Source: an uncultured Thermococci archaeon (GTDB lineage Archaea > Methanobacteriota_B > Thermococci > Thermococcales > Thermococcaceae). From it: DNA of 64,000 nt. Below, piece after piece: positions 53,572-62,438 of this stretch; the first letter of the stretch is position 1, and every line of letters starts with the position of its first letter. The notes under the pieces are model-generated. The model made no database searches and was not told the origin of the DNA. It was given only the letters and a program-made list of their open reading frames with translations. The stretch covers positions 1-64,000 of the forward strand of contig CAZTOS010000003.1 in assembly GCA_964615185.1 (NCBI GenBank), given 5' to 3'. The translations under genes and the position numbers were made by a program.

Positions 53572-53624
53572 TGTTTATCAAGCTAAACAAACAAATATAA
53601 ATATAATGTTTAGTATATCAAACA
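53572..53624. promoter_or_regulatory. Two TGTTT-N8-AAACA palindromes upstream of the COG1373 promoter
   Basis: TGTTTatcaagctAAACA (53572-53589) and TGTTTagtatatcAAACA (53607-53624), next to TTTATAAA (~53562-53569). Confidence 0.45.
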
Positions 53625-53660
53625 ATTCAAACAATAGTAAGCACCTGTCAGATAGAAGAT

Positions 53661-54188
53661 TCATAGAGAGCATTTAAATTTCTCAAGCTCTCTCTCAATT
53701 TCCTCCGTGAGCCCATAATCATAGAAAACTTTCTTAAATTCTTCAAACTGTATGAGCAGAGATTCGTAAAATTCTTTAGAAAACTCCATCTTTAGCAGAG
53801 CAAAAGCTTTCCTGAATAGCCTCGCAACTTCGCTTCCACTTTCATCGTGATTTATATAGTAAGTAAGCTCTTTTAAAATAATAGACCTTCCAATCTCAGG
53901 ATTTTCAAAAATAATCTCATCCACAACAGCTTGAGGCGAAACTTCTGCCAAGGGATTTGGCGTCTTAAAATATCTCCCGTTCTCAAAAGCCTCCAATACA
54001 GCAAATACATGCTTGCAGTCTTTCCCAATAGGACAAGTGCATCTGTTTTTTCCACTTTTTATGCTGACCTCAACGTAATAGGGATAAGTACCTAACACTT
54101 TTCCATAAAGTCTATCTCCATATTTCAGCACCCACAGAACCTTGCCCTTTTTGAAATACTGCTTTCCCTTCTTTTTCGCATTGTCCAT
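53661..54188 (-). CDS. SWIM zinc-finger protein
   Basis: CTCPIGKDCKH. Confidence 0.88.
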   Translation of the reverse strand: MDNAKKKGKQYFKKGKVLWVLKYGDRLYGKVLGTYPYYVEVSIKSGKNRCTCPIGKDCKHVFAVLEAFENGRYFKTPNPLAEVSPQAVVDEIIFENPEIGRSIILKELTYYINHDESGSEVARLFRKAFALLKMEFSKEFYESLLIQFEEFKKVFYDYGLTEEIERELEKFKCSL

Positions 54189-54301
54189 TTTAACCACTAA
54201 AGTTAGTAACGATGAGGACTTTTAAAGATTTCGCTCTGCGATACCATTAAATGGAGAAACCTATAAATTCACAAGAACATACCTAATATTGAGGTGGTAG
54301 C

Positions 54302-54535
54302 ATGGACGTTTTTGAGCTTGCGCGGAGGTATCATCAAGAGATTGGGATAAAAGAGCCAAGCTTTGCAACCCTGGCTGCAGAAATCTTTGGAGAGCTTGGT
54401 CTCAAGATATACGAGCATTTAAAGGAGGAGGGTTACACCCTCAAAAGCACTCGTTTTATTGACTACGACAAGAGCCTTGTATTGGAGGTAGTAAAAGAAG
54501 AAAAGGCCTTCGAGATTCTTCTCAGAAAGGCTTAA
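54302..54535 (+). CDS. Small hypothetical protein
   Basis: GAGGTG RBS and host-like codon use. Confidence 0.75.
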   Translation: MDVFELARRYHQEIGIKEPSFATLAAEIFGELGLKIYEHLKEEGYTLKSTRFIDYDKSLVLEVVKEEKAFEILLRKA

Positions 54536-55839
54536 ACTCTATAGTCGAACACTATTTCCTTCTTTTCTCTTGGCTTTACAGTTACTTTGAACTCCACATA
54601 ATGTACTGTTTCATTTATTGGTTCTACAGTAGAGCTCAATATTTTGCCACTCCACTTGTAATGTCTGACAATAACTTCCTTCGTCTCGTTTCCAAAGTTC
54701 TCAATTGTAATCCTCACTTTGTAGTACGTTGAGTCGTTTTCTCTTCTCTGTTCAAGGATTTCTGTTTTGCCTTTTAAATCTACATCTCTTCCAAGCTTGA
54801 GCCTCAATATATCGCCTTTAGCGGTGTGATCAATTTTCTGCTCGCCAATTAAAACTGTTGTATCGTTCATTTCTTTGTAAATCTCTACAATGCCAGCTGG
54901 AAGCACTTTCTCAGTCTTAAATGATACAATTTCGTAAATTTCATTACTTCTACCGTGGGGATAACTCTCGTATAGATACTCCCTTTCAAAAGATGTCTCT
55001 TGGGTAATGTAAGGTATCATCTTCTTTTCAAAGGGGTTTACACTGAGCATTCCAAGGTTGTAAAGGTAGAATGCTTCAATTTTTTGAGGCTGCTCTGGAA
55101 CTCCAACAACTGCTTTTTCTACTGTCGCATAAACCCTTTCCATAACGACTTGTGGGGGAGCATAGAAGTTTACTTCTCCAGAAACGAGCATGACTTTAAA
55201 GTCTTCAAATGTCTTGTTCGTAGGATTATCAATCACTATATATCCAAAGAGCAGGGCTTTGTTGGTTAGGTAAAGCTTATACCTTGAGCTCCAGCCAATC
55301 GACTGAACTCTGTAAATCAGCTTGAACTTATACTTTCCATCTTCCTCAGCCCGTATAATGGCATAAGTTTGGGCTTTGGCTTTGCTTCCAAGTTCAGCGA
55401 GCTTCATATATGCAACTTCCTCAGGCTCAATCAGATAGTAAGAATCTCCCTGAACTGCTATCTTACCGTCTTTGTAGCCTAAAAATTTTCCCGTTATCCT
55501 CTCGCCACTTTTCAGCTTTATTGTGACTGTTTTTCCAATGTTTGCTTCAAACACACCTCTGCTTGGGTATGCCTGCGAAATAATTCCCAAGACCGTAACT
55601 TTATCGCTTAAAGGCTTTAGTGTAACTTCCTCAATATTTAAACCTTCAATCTCTTCAAGAGGAACTTCGTTGAATCCCTTTTTGAGGTCTAAGATAATTG
55701 TTTCCTCAACAACCCCAATGCGTGCAGAGTCGTAAAGCACCAAAGTCCCACTCTCATCTGCAGCCCTTGTTTGATGTAACACTATCATTGCCAAGAGCAA
55801 AAAGAGTGCAAAAATTCCAGCTAAAATTTTCTTCCTCAT
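54532..55839 (-). CDS. DUF4139 domain secreted protein
   Basis: Signal peptide, W...Y, LPAG.V.IY and IGE..I.HT patterns. Confidence 0.8.
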   Translation of the reverse strand: MRKKILAGIFALFLLLAMIVLHQTRAADESGTLVLYDSARIGVVEETIILDLKKGFNEVPLEEIEGLNIEEVTLKPLSDKVTVLGIISQAYPSRGVFEANIGKTVTIKLKSGERITGKFLGYKDGKIAVQGDSYYLIEPEEVAYMKLAELGSKAKAQTYAIIRAEEDGKYKFKLIYRVQSIGWSSRYKLYLTNKALLFGYIVIDNPTNKTFEDFKVMLVSGEVNFYAPPQVVMERVYATVEKAVVGVPEQPQKIEAFYLYNLGMLSVNPFEKKMIPYITQETSFEREYLYESYPHGRSNEIYEIVSFKTEKVLPAGIVEIYKEMNDTTVLIGEQKIDHTAKGDILRLKLGRDVDLKGKTEILEQRRENDSTYYKVRITIENFGNETKEVIVRHYKWSGKILSSTVEPINETVHYVEFKVTVKPREKKEIVFDYRV

Positions 55840-56046
55840 TATTCATCACCAAAAAATAGTTGGCTTTCATACTATTTATAGAGACCGACAGCTTCAAGCT
55901 GAGTTGAAGTATTATTGTGTTCGTGTGTTCTTTTGTTCTCTTCAGTTTTTGATTACTATTTATAATGGTGTGTAAAATCCGTAGAACAAAAGTTATAAAT
56001 AAAAGGTGCATTTCTCTATATCGTGACTACTTATAGGGGTGATGTT

Positions 56047-59000
56047 ATGAGGAGGGCATTGAGTATCATGTTAATGGCCTTGATATTGGGGTTGAGCTTT
56101 AGTGCTGCAGTAAGTCAAAGCTTTGTGCTGGCAGAAACCCAGGAGGATGAGGTTTATGAGGACTTCTGGAATATTCTAAACAAGGAAGCTGAATTAATTG
56201 TTAAGCTCAACTCAACCATTAATGCTAATAAGACTCAAAGCTTGGCACTACAATTGATCCAGAATTCTCGGAATGGTTCCTCCAACGCAGCTCAAATTTC
56301 TGCATTAATCTGGCAGAGTTTAGAGGAATTAAAGAATTCTGGAGTTAAGACTTATTATACAGCAGAAGAATTAAGACAAATGGCTCAGAACATTAGTGAG
56401 AACGGATTACCTGATGAGACGGTACAACTCTTAAAACAACAAGGCTGGAGTGATGAAGAGATACAAGCATTGCAAGAGTACATTGCTCAAAACGCTGAAA
56501 ACATTACCGAAGACTTCAACCTCACGGCATTTCTGGAAAACTTCTCCACAGCCTTCGTACAAGTAGCATTCAAATACAACCACTACGAAGCATGGGCAAT
56601 AGAAAAATGGAAGTGGAGAAATCCGGTGAATGGGAGTACTCCTCAAGGAGAAGAGATGATAAATCCACTTTTAACCGATGAGTGGATAAATTTCTACAAA
56701 GCTTACTATAACAGAACACTTGAAGAACAACTAACCTCACTGAACAAACTCCAAAGTAAAGTGTACTCATTAATAACGGGTTCTTTGGCTGGCAAAAAGG
56801 AGAGTTTGATTCTTCCTCCAAAGCCTATACATCAGCCTGTAGGGGAAAGCACTACATCAATTCTTCTCCCCATTAGAATACCGCAAGTAAAGAACATTAA
56901 GCATTTAACCGGCAATGCATTAGAGTTCGAAACTTGGGAACTTGTTAAAGTGGACAGCAAAGAGTGCACCTCCGAATATAATGTCACTAAATACTACTGG
57001 AAGTCTCCTCTTGAGGCCTATCAATTAATTAGAGAAATTCACTCCCTGCTTTTGGCAAAGCAGTTTGGAAACAAGGACATTGAACTAAACTGGCAGTTAA
57101 ATGAGAAAATTAGTGAATTAAAAGAGGCTTTGGTAGTTACAAAAGGTGAAAGCGTTATTAAGAGGATTAAGAATAAGTGCGAACCAATAATACTTCCCCC
57201 ACAACCACCAAGAGATCCAAAAATGAATCCCAACACCAAGAATCCCGGTGATACAGAACAAACAAATCAACACCAAATGATGCAGATAGACGAGTTAGCA
57301 TTGAGGGCTTTAGATGTTGGTGATGAGACTAAACTGCATGTTAGTGGGGAGATTATTGTTCACTCGGTTACACCCTCAGAGGTTAAATACAAGGTAAAGG
57401 TTACTGTAAAGGCTGAAAATGCACAAGCAACTAACATTATCATTTACATTGACGGGAAAAAGGAATATGGTTCATTTGATTTGGGAGCTGGGGAGAGTAA
57501 AACAGTAACCTTACCTGTTGGGAAATATTTCAGGGAGGATGCTCCTACTAATGCTCAAGAGGTAACGCTCAGCAAGACCATAAAGGTTACATACACCAAA
57601 TGGTGCAGTGGCATTAACAGTGCTCCCGGTAGGGAGGAAGTTTTAAGCACTCCAGCGGGCTGTGGTGGAACTGCGGAGGTTGTAAAAACTGTAACTAAAA
57701 CGATTGAACTCTTCGATGTTAAAGTTTCCGTTTCAGATACTACAGTGAAAGTTAATGAGCCAGTAGAGTTAACTTTCACGATAACCAATTACATGACGAG
57801 TGATAAAACGTTCAACTTGCTGGTAACTGCTGGAGGGGAATCTGAAGAGGGTACACTCACAGTTCCAGCTGGTGAAACTAAAACCAAGACTCTACAGTTA
57901 ACTTTCAGTACACCAGGTGAAAGAACATACTACGCGAAGGTTGATGGGACAACATATGCAGTGGGGACGATAAAGGTGGAAGATGATGACAGCAGTCCAC
58001 CAATTGGCAGTACTTTGAAGATTACTGGGTTTTATTATAGTCCGGAGGGTCCTGTTGAGGGTGATAATGTGACGTTTGGTGTTAGGGTGTATAATTCAAT
58101 TAGCAGTGGGATTACTGCAATGTTAAAGCTGATGGTTAGAGATAAGAATTCTGGGGAGGTAGTGTATTCTGAGGAAAAGTCAATAAGCCCAGACTATCTT
58201 GATGATTCAGAGTACACGTTCACTTGGAGCAATGTCAAGGCTGGAGATTATACAGCAGAAGCAAAAGTACTATATAACGGAGAAGTAAAAGACAGTGAAA
58301 CGAGGGATTTAACAATTGGAGAAAAAGTTTTTGAGGGCTCTTTATTTGCAACTCCATCAGAGCTAGAAAGTAATGGAACAGTACTATTTGACGTCTTTGT
58401 AAAGAAGGTCTCTGAGGGTATTGAGAGCACTTTGGTAGAGGTAGTTGATAAAGATGGTGTGCCAGTTTACACTTTCATAACAAAACTCTCTAAAGATGAT
58501 GTATTCCACGAGCAATTTACACTAGATCTACATGCTTCTGGCAATTATACATTCACTCTGAAAGTAAATGGACGTCCCCTCGATTCTGCTAAAGTTTCTG
58601 TGATAGACAACGTTCCAAAAGACATAGTTGCAGAAATGGAGTGTCATGGGGACACTTATTCCTCAACAATACGATTGGGAAGTTATGTTAGTTGTATAAT
58701 ACATATAGAAGGCAAAAACATTCAAGAATATCAAGAAGTCAAATTGGAAGAAGTAATTTTTGGAACTAAGGTTATATGGGGTTCTTACGGGCAAATAAAT
58801 GCGCCTACACTAACAGTTGATCCACAACCACCAGTAGTAGGAATAACTCCAGCAGACACTAAAGAGGACATAGAAATCAAATTTACACTAAATGACGAAT
58901 TTGCAATGTATTATTTTGATAGCTCATGGGACTTCTCGTATAAATTAGCTGGTCATTCATATTACATACAAGCTAGACTTACACCCTCAATTACAGTGGC

Positions 59001-59235
59001 AGACTTAATAGAGATTATAGAAACAACAGATTCGGGAAGCATAGATTCAAAAATAGAAAAAGCAAAAAAAGCAAAAGAATTCCTTGATACAGTCAAATCT
59101 ACCATAGAAGCTCCCAAAAATGCTATCTGGATTGCAATTGAGAAGTTAGTTAAAATTGGAAAAGAGATATGGTGGTTGTGGAAATATTCAAGGGACTTTG
59201 TAGAAACTGATAAAAACAACGTTATAGGGGGGTAA
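56047..59235 (+). CDS. Large secreted protein: helical N-terminal domain, Pro linkers, several Ig/CARDB-like domains, amphipathic C-terminal tip
   Basis: GGGGTGA RBS, signal peptide, beta-sandwich repeats (VKVNEPVELTFTITN; EGDNVTFGVRVYN), ends KNNVIGG*, no TM anchor. Confidence 0.85.
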   Translation: MRRALSIMLMALILGLSFSAAVSQSFVLAETQEDEVYEDFWNILNKEAELIVKLNSTINANKTQSLALQLIQNSRNGSSNAAQISALIWQSLEELKNSGVKTYYTAEELRQMAQNISENGLPDETVQLLKQQGWSDEEIQALQEYIAQNAENITEDFNLTAFLENFSTAFVQVAFKYNHYEAWAIEKWKWRNPVNGSTPQGEEMINPLLTDEWINFYKAYYNRTLEEQLTSLNKLQSKVYSLITGSLAGKKESLILPPKPIHQPVGESTTSILLPIRIPQVKNIKHLTGNALEFETWELVKVDSKECTSEYNVTKYYWKSPLEAYQLIREIHSLLLAKQFGNKDIELNWQLNEKISELKEALVVTKGESVIKRIKNKCEPIILPPQPPRDPKMNPNTKNPGDTEQTNQHQMMQIDELALRALDVGDETKLHVSGEIIVHSVTPSEVKYKVKVTVKAENAQATNIIIYIDGKKEYGSFDLGAGESKTVTLPVGKYFREDAPTNAQEVTLSKTIKVTYTKWCSGINSAPGREEVLSTPAGCGGTAEVVKTVTKTIELFDVKVSVSDTTVKVNEPVELTFTITNYMTSDKTFNLLVTAGGESEEGTLTVPAGETKTKTLQLTFSTPGERTYYAKVDGTTYAVGTIKVEDDDSSPPIGSTLKITGFYYSPEGPVEGDNVTFGVRVYNSISSGITAMLKLMVRDKNSGEVVYSEEKSISPDYLDDSEYTFTWSNVKAGDYTAEAKVLYNGEVKDSETRDLTIGEKVFEGSLFATPSELESNGTVLFDVFVKKVSEGIESTLVEVVDKDGVPVYTFITKLSKDDVFHEQFTLDLHASGNYTFTLKVNGRPLDSAKVSVIDNVPKDIVAEMECHGDTYSSTIRLGSYVSCIIHIEGKNIQEYQEVKLEEVIFGTKVIWGSYGQINAPTLTVDPQPPVVGITPADTKEDIEIKFTLNDEFAMYYFDSSWDFSYKLAGHSYYIQARLTPSITVADLIEIIETTDSGSIDSKIEKAKKAKEFLDTVKSTIEAPKNAIWIAIEKLVKIGKEIWWLWKYSRDFVETDKNNVIGG

Positions 59236-59241
59236 AGGGTA

Positions 59242-59706
59242 ATGTATGGGGAGTTTTCCTTTTTGATATTTTTTGCAATCTCTCTATTTTATGTTGTTAT
59301 TCTAATAATTACATGGGTACTTCAGAGTATGATGGGGGATTATGAAGGTAGCGCTACTTTAATGATACTAGCTCCGTGGTTTTCTTTACTATATGCATTC
59401 AGTAATGTTTCAGCAGCTCAAGGAAAAGGAACTGCATCAGTACTTGCTTCTATTCTTGCAATTTACTTAATTTATAGAGTTGTAAGGAGCATTTTAGGCG
59501 TCGATTACCTAAGACAGAAATGGAAACATATTCACATTCCAGCACTCATAGTTTTAGTGATGATTTTCCTAGCAGGAATAAAAGAAATTCTTGTCTGGAT
59601 AGTGGCAGTGTTTACATTCATTCTTTATTGGAAGTCCTTGAGGATGCTTCAGCAGGCTATTAGAGAAATTGAAGCATTGGAGAGAAAGCAAAAACAGTAT
59701 AGTTAG
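59242..59706 (+). CDS. Small polytopic membrane protein (candidate immunity / cognate partner 1)
   Basis: 154 aa, about 5 TM; starts 6 nt after the large gene. Confidence 0.8.
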   Translation: MYGEFSFLIFFAISLFYVVILIITWVLQSMMGDYEGSATLMILAPWFSLLYAFSNVSAAQGKGTASVLASILAIYLIYRVVRSILGVDYLRQKWKHIHIPALIVLVMIFLAGIKEILVWIVAVFTFILYWKSLRMLQQAIREIEALERKQKQYS

Positions 59707-60628
59707 TGGTGATGTGTCAGTGGGTGTTAAGGCGAGGTTCACTCTTACTGTCAGGAATGATGAGAACGCCCCAAGGTACTCTATTCCGGTTAGGGTGTAT
59801 TATGTTTACACTTCGCCGGATGGAGTGTGGCATAGTGTTATTAAGGTCAAGGAGGCTGAGGTTGACTTTGATCCTCTTGGAGAATACCAAGACTGGTTTG
59901 ACTTCACCTTCGCAAATCCAGGCACTTACAAGTTTTACCTCGTAGTTAACGGTCAAGAAGAGGATGAAAAAGTGATAAGGGTGAATTCACAGGGAAGTAT
60001 TAGTGCGGTAATGACTTGCAATCCAGAATTCGTTACAGAGGATGTAAATTCAGTGTCCTGTCGTGTTGATGTAGATAACTTGGGAGAGACCACAGAAGAC
60101 ATTTGGATTACTAACATTTACTTTGCCGGTGGCGAGATTTACGATAAGAGCAGTGCTGATAATTTGGTGACTCCGAGTCCGAGCAGTTTAACTTTAAACT
60201 CGTACTCTACGGGAGTGTTCACTTTCACAATTCCAATTAATGATGAATTACAGAAGAGGGTTCCAGTAGACTTAAGCGACATAAATCCAGGAACACCAAT
60301 AGCAGTGAAAACTTACTTAAACACCCTCCAAGAACCAATAATGTTCGTGGTACAAATGAACCCAAGGAATCTTGGAGGGGATATTCACATTTCTTCTAAG
60401 GATGTAATTTCAGTGGCAGTTGGAGTTGGAAAAGCAGTTTGGAGCGCAGTAAAAGAAAATCCAAAATCTGTAATGACAGTAGTATCCTCAATTGGAGAAT
60501 TTGCTTACACCGCTGGAATTTCATGGATTATCCAAACTTGGGTTGAGCTCTACTGGAGGGGCTTAATGGAGCCAGTACCTCCTGATAACTCGGGAGATAA
60601 CAACTTAATTGTGGGGGATGAGTCATGA
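59707..60628 (+). other. Headless (orphan) cassette: Ig domain + C..VSC domain + alternative amphipathic tip
   Basis: Open frame without signal peptide or convincing start, homologous to the last ~300 aa of the 56047 protein, ending GDNNLIVGDES*. Confidence 0.7.
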
Positions 60629-61161
60629 ATTTTGGGGAAATTCCTGCCTTTCTTTTAGTTTTTATTCCTGTGTTGGTGCTTGTTTTTGTGTTAGTGTATT
60701 TTGCTACATTTAGCACCCTTGAGCAGAAGCGGCTTGAGTATCTGCTGAATCTTTACTTGGGCTTGCCGTATGTTCTCTTATTCTGGAGTACAATAATGGC
60801 AGAAACAAAAAGTAGCGTATTGGGCTGGCTTATAATCTTTGGATTCCTAATACTAGCCAAGGCATTAAGACCTCCTCATTTGGTCGATGGGTTGACCCTT
60901 GGGGCGTTAATATACCTATCATTTTCATCAAGAATTGCCTTGGTGAGTGTTGCGTTTTATCTGATTGTACAGCTTACAAGTAAGTGGAAAGGTAGTATAA
61001 TGACCTACCTCCTCTTATTTTGGAGTGGAATGCTACTGACATTTACAGAGTCACCTTTCCAAACATTGGCAATTTTAGCCTTTGGCACAATTCATGTCCT
61101 CGGTGCATTAAAACTTTTGAAAACAACAAATCAACAAATGATGCAGGGGATGATAACCTAA
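60625..61161 (+). CDS. Small polytopic membrane protein (candidate immunity / cognate partner 2)
   Basis: 178 aa, about 6-7 TM; ATGA overlap with the cassette stop. Confidence 0.8.
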   Translation: MNFGEIPAFLLVFIPVLVLVFVLVYFATFSTLEQKRLEYLLNLYLGLPYVLLFWSTIMAETKSSVLGWLIIFGFLILAKALRPPHLVDGLTLGALIYLSFSSRIALVSVAFYLIVQLTSKWKGSIMTYLLLFWSGMLLTFTESPFQTLAILAFGTIHVLGALKLLKTTNQQMMQGMIT

Positions 61162-61177
61162 TAGTAGGGGATGAAGG

Positions 61178-61648
61178 ATGATGAGATTACTCCTAAGAAA
61201 AAATCTCCAATCCTATCTTTTTGCTATCTTTGTTTATTTTATCCTCTGAATTCATCTGACGACTATTAGCTCCGACAGATGATATCAGGAGGGGTTCCTT
61301 TCGGGAAGGTGGAGCTTAGTCCTCCTGTGGCTTTGGGGAGTTGTCCATGTCGTTGCCATCCTGAACAGAAAATTAAAGCGGTTGGCGATATTTACAATTA
61401 GATATCTCCCCTTAATCTCTGTCGTTGTTTATATGATCCAGTGCGGCAACTGTCCTTCGATTGTCTATGGAGGGAGTATCTTGGCCTCATGGATTTTCAC
61501 TATCAAAGTCAAACATCAACAGACGAAGAGAAATACACATAGCATTGATGATGAGGTTTCCGTGAAGGGACAAAATGGGGAGTGGTTAGGGACGTTAACT
61601 AGATGGTGGTTCCAGTGTCTCTTAACCCAGCAATGGAAAGACTTTTAA
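61178..61648 (+). pseudogene. Third membrane-partner gene, interrupted by two in-frame TGA codons
   Basis: ATG 61178 overlaps the stop of a GDDNLIVGDEG* remnant. The frame MMRLLLRKNLQSYLFAIFVYFIL*IHLTTISSDR*YQEGFLSGRWSLVLLWLWG... continues in frame into ORF 61382..61648. Confidence 0.7.
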
Positions 61649-61698
61649 CACTGTAAACATAGTTGAAACTGCAGTCATGATAATTAGAGGTGGTAAGG

Positions 61699-62397
61699 AT
61701 GGATAGGGTTGCAAAAGCAAGAGAAATTATCGAAAAAGCCAAGGCTGAGGGTAGAGCTCTTGTAGAACCAGAGGCTAAGGAGATTCTTAAGCTCTACGGC
61801 ATTCCAACCCCAGATTTTAAGGTTGCAAGGAATGAGGAGGAAGCCGTTAAGTTTGCAAGGGAAATTGGCTATCCGGTTGTCATGAAGATTGTCTCACCAC
61901 ACATTATACACAAGAGCGACGCTGGTGGTGTTAAGATCAACATCAAAAACGATGATGAGGCAAGAGAAGCCTTCAGAACAATTATGGAAAATGCAAAGAG
62001 ATACAAGCCAGATGCAGACCTTTGGGGTGTCATAGTCTATAAGATGCTCCCACTCGGAAAGGAAGTTATCGTTGGTATGATTAGAGATCCACAGTTTGGT
62101 CCAGCTGTCATGTTTGGTCTCGGTGGTATCTTCGTTGAGATCCTCAAGGATGTCAGCTTTAGAGTTGCCCCGATAACAAAGGAAGAAGCCCTTGAAATGA
62201 TTAAGGAAATCAAGGCTTACCCAATCCTTGCTGGTGCAAGAGGAGAAAAAGCAGCAAACATTGGGGCTTTGGCAGACATAATCGTCAAAGTTGGCGAATT
62301 GGCTCTCGAGCTCCCAGAGGTTAAAGAGCTTGACATCAACCCAATCTTTGCTTATGAAGATGAAGCAGTCGCAGTTGATGCAAGGATGCTACTTTGA
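61699..62397 (+). CDS. acdB: Acetate--CoA ligase (ADP-forming) beta subunit, ATP-grasp
   Basis: GYPVVMKIVSP, HKSDAGGV, DPQFGP and ELDINP motifs. Confidence 0.92.
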   Translation: MDRVAKAREIIEKAKAEGRALVEPEAKEILKLYGIPTPDFKVARNEEEAVKFAREIGYPVVMKIVSPHIIHKSDAGGVKINIKNDDEAREAFRTIMENAKRYKPDADLWGVIVYKMLPLGKEVIVGMIRDPQFGPAVMFGLGGIFVEILKDVSFRVAPITKEEALEMIKEIKAYPILAGARGEKAANIGALADIIVKVGELALELPEVKELDINPIFAYEDEAVAVDARMLL

Positions 62398-62438
62398 TTT
62401 TGCTCTTTTCTTTCATTTGCTACAAAAATAAACGAGAG

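Noticed and set aside
59669..59706. Track start of the 319-aa ORF (TTG inside membrane gene A)
   Set aside because: No RBS or signal peptide, and it overlaps gene A; treated as a headless cassette instead.
61178..61260. ATGATGA ... CTGA as a second C/D-box sRNA
   Set aside because: The box spacing is wrong and there is no internal D'/C' pair; the sequence is explained by a stop/start overlap.
61247..61282. In-frame TGA codons as selenocysteine or readthrough
   Set aside because: Thermococcales are not known to use Sec and the context is a hydrophobic membrane ORF, so nonsense mutation is the simpler explanation.
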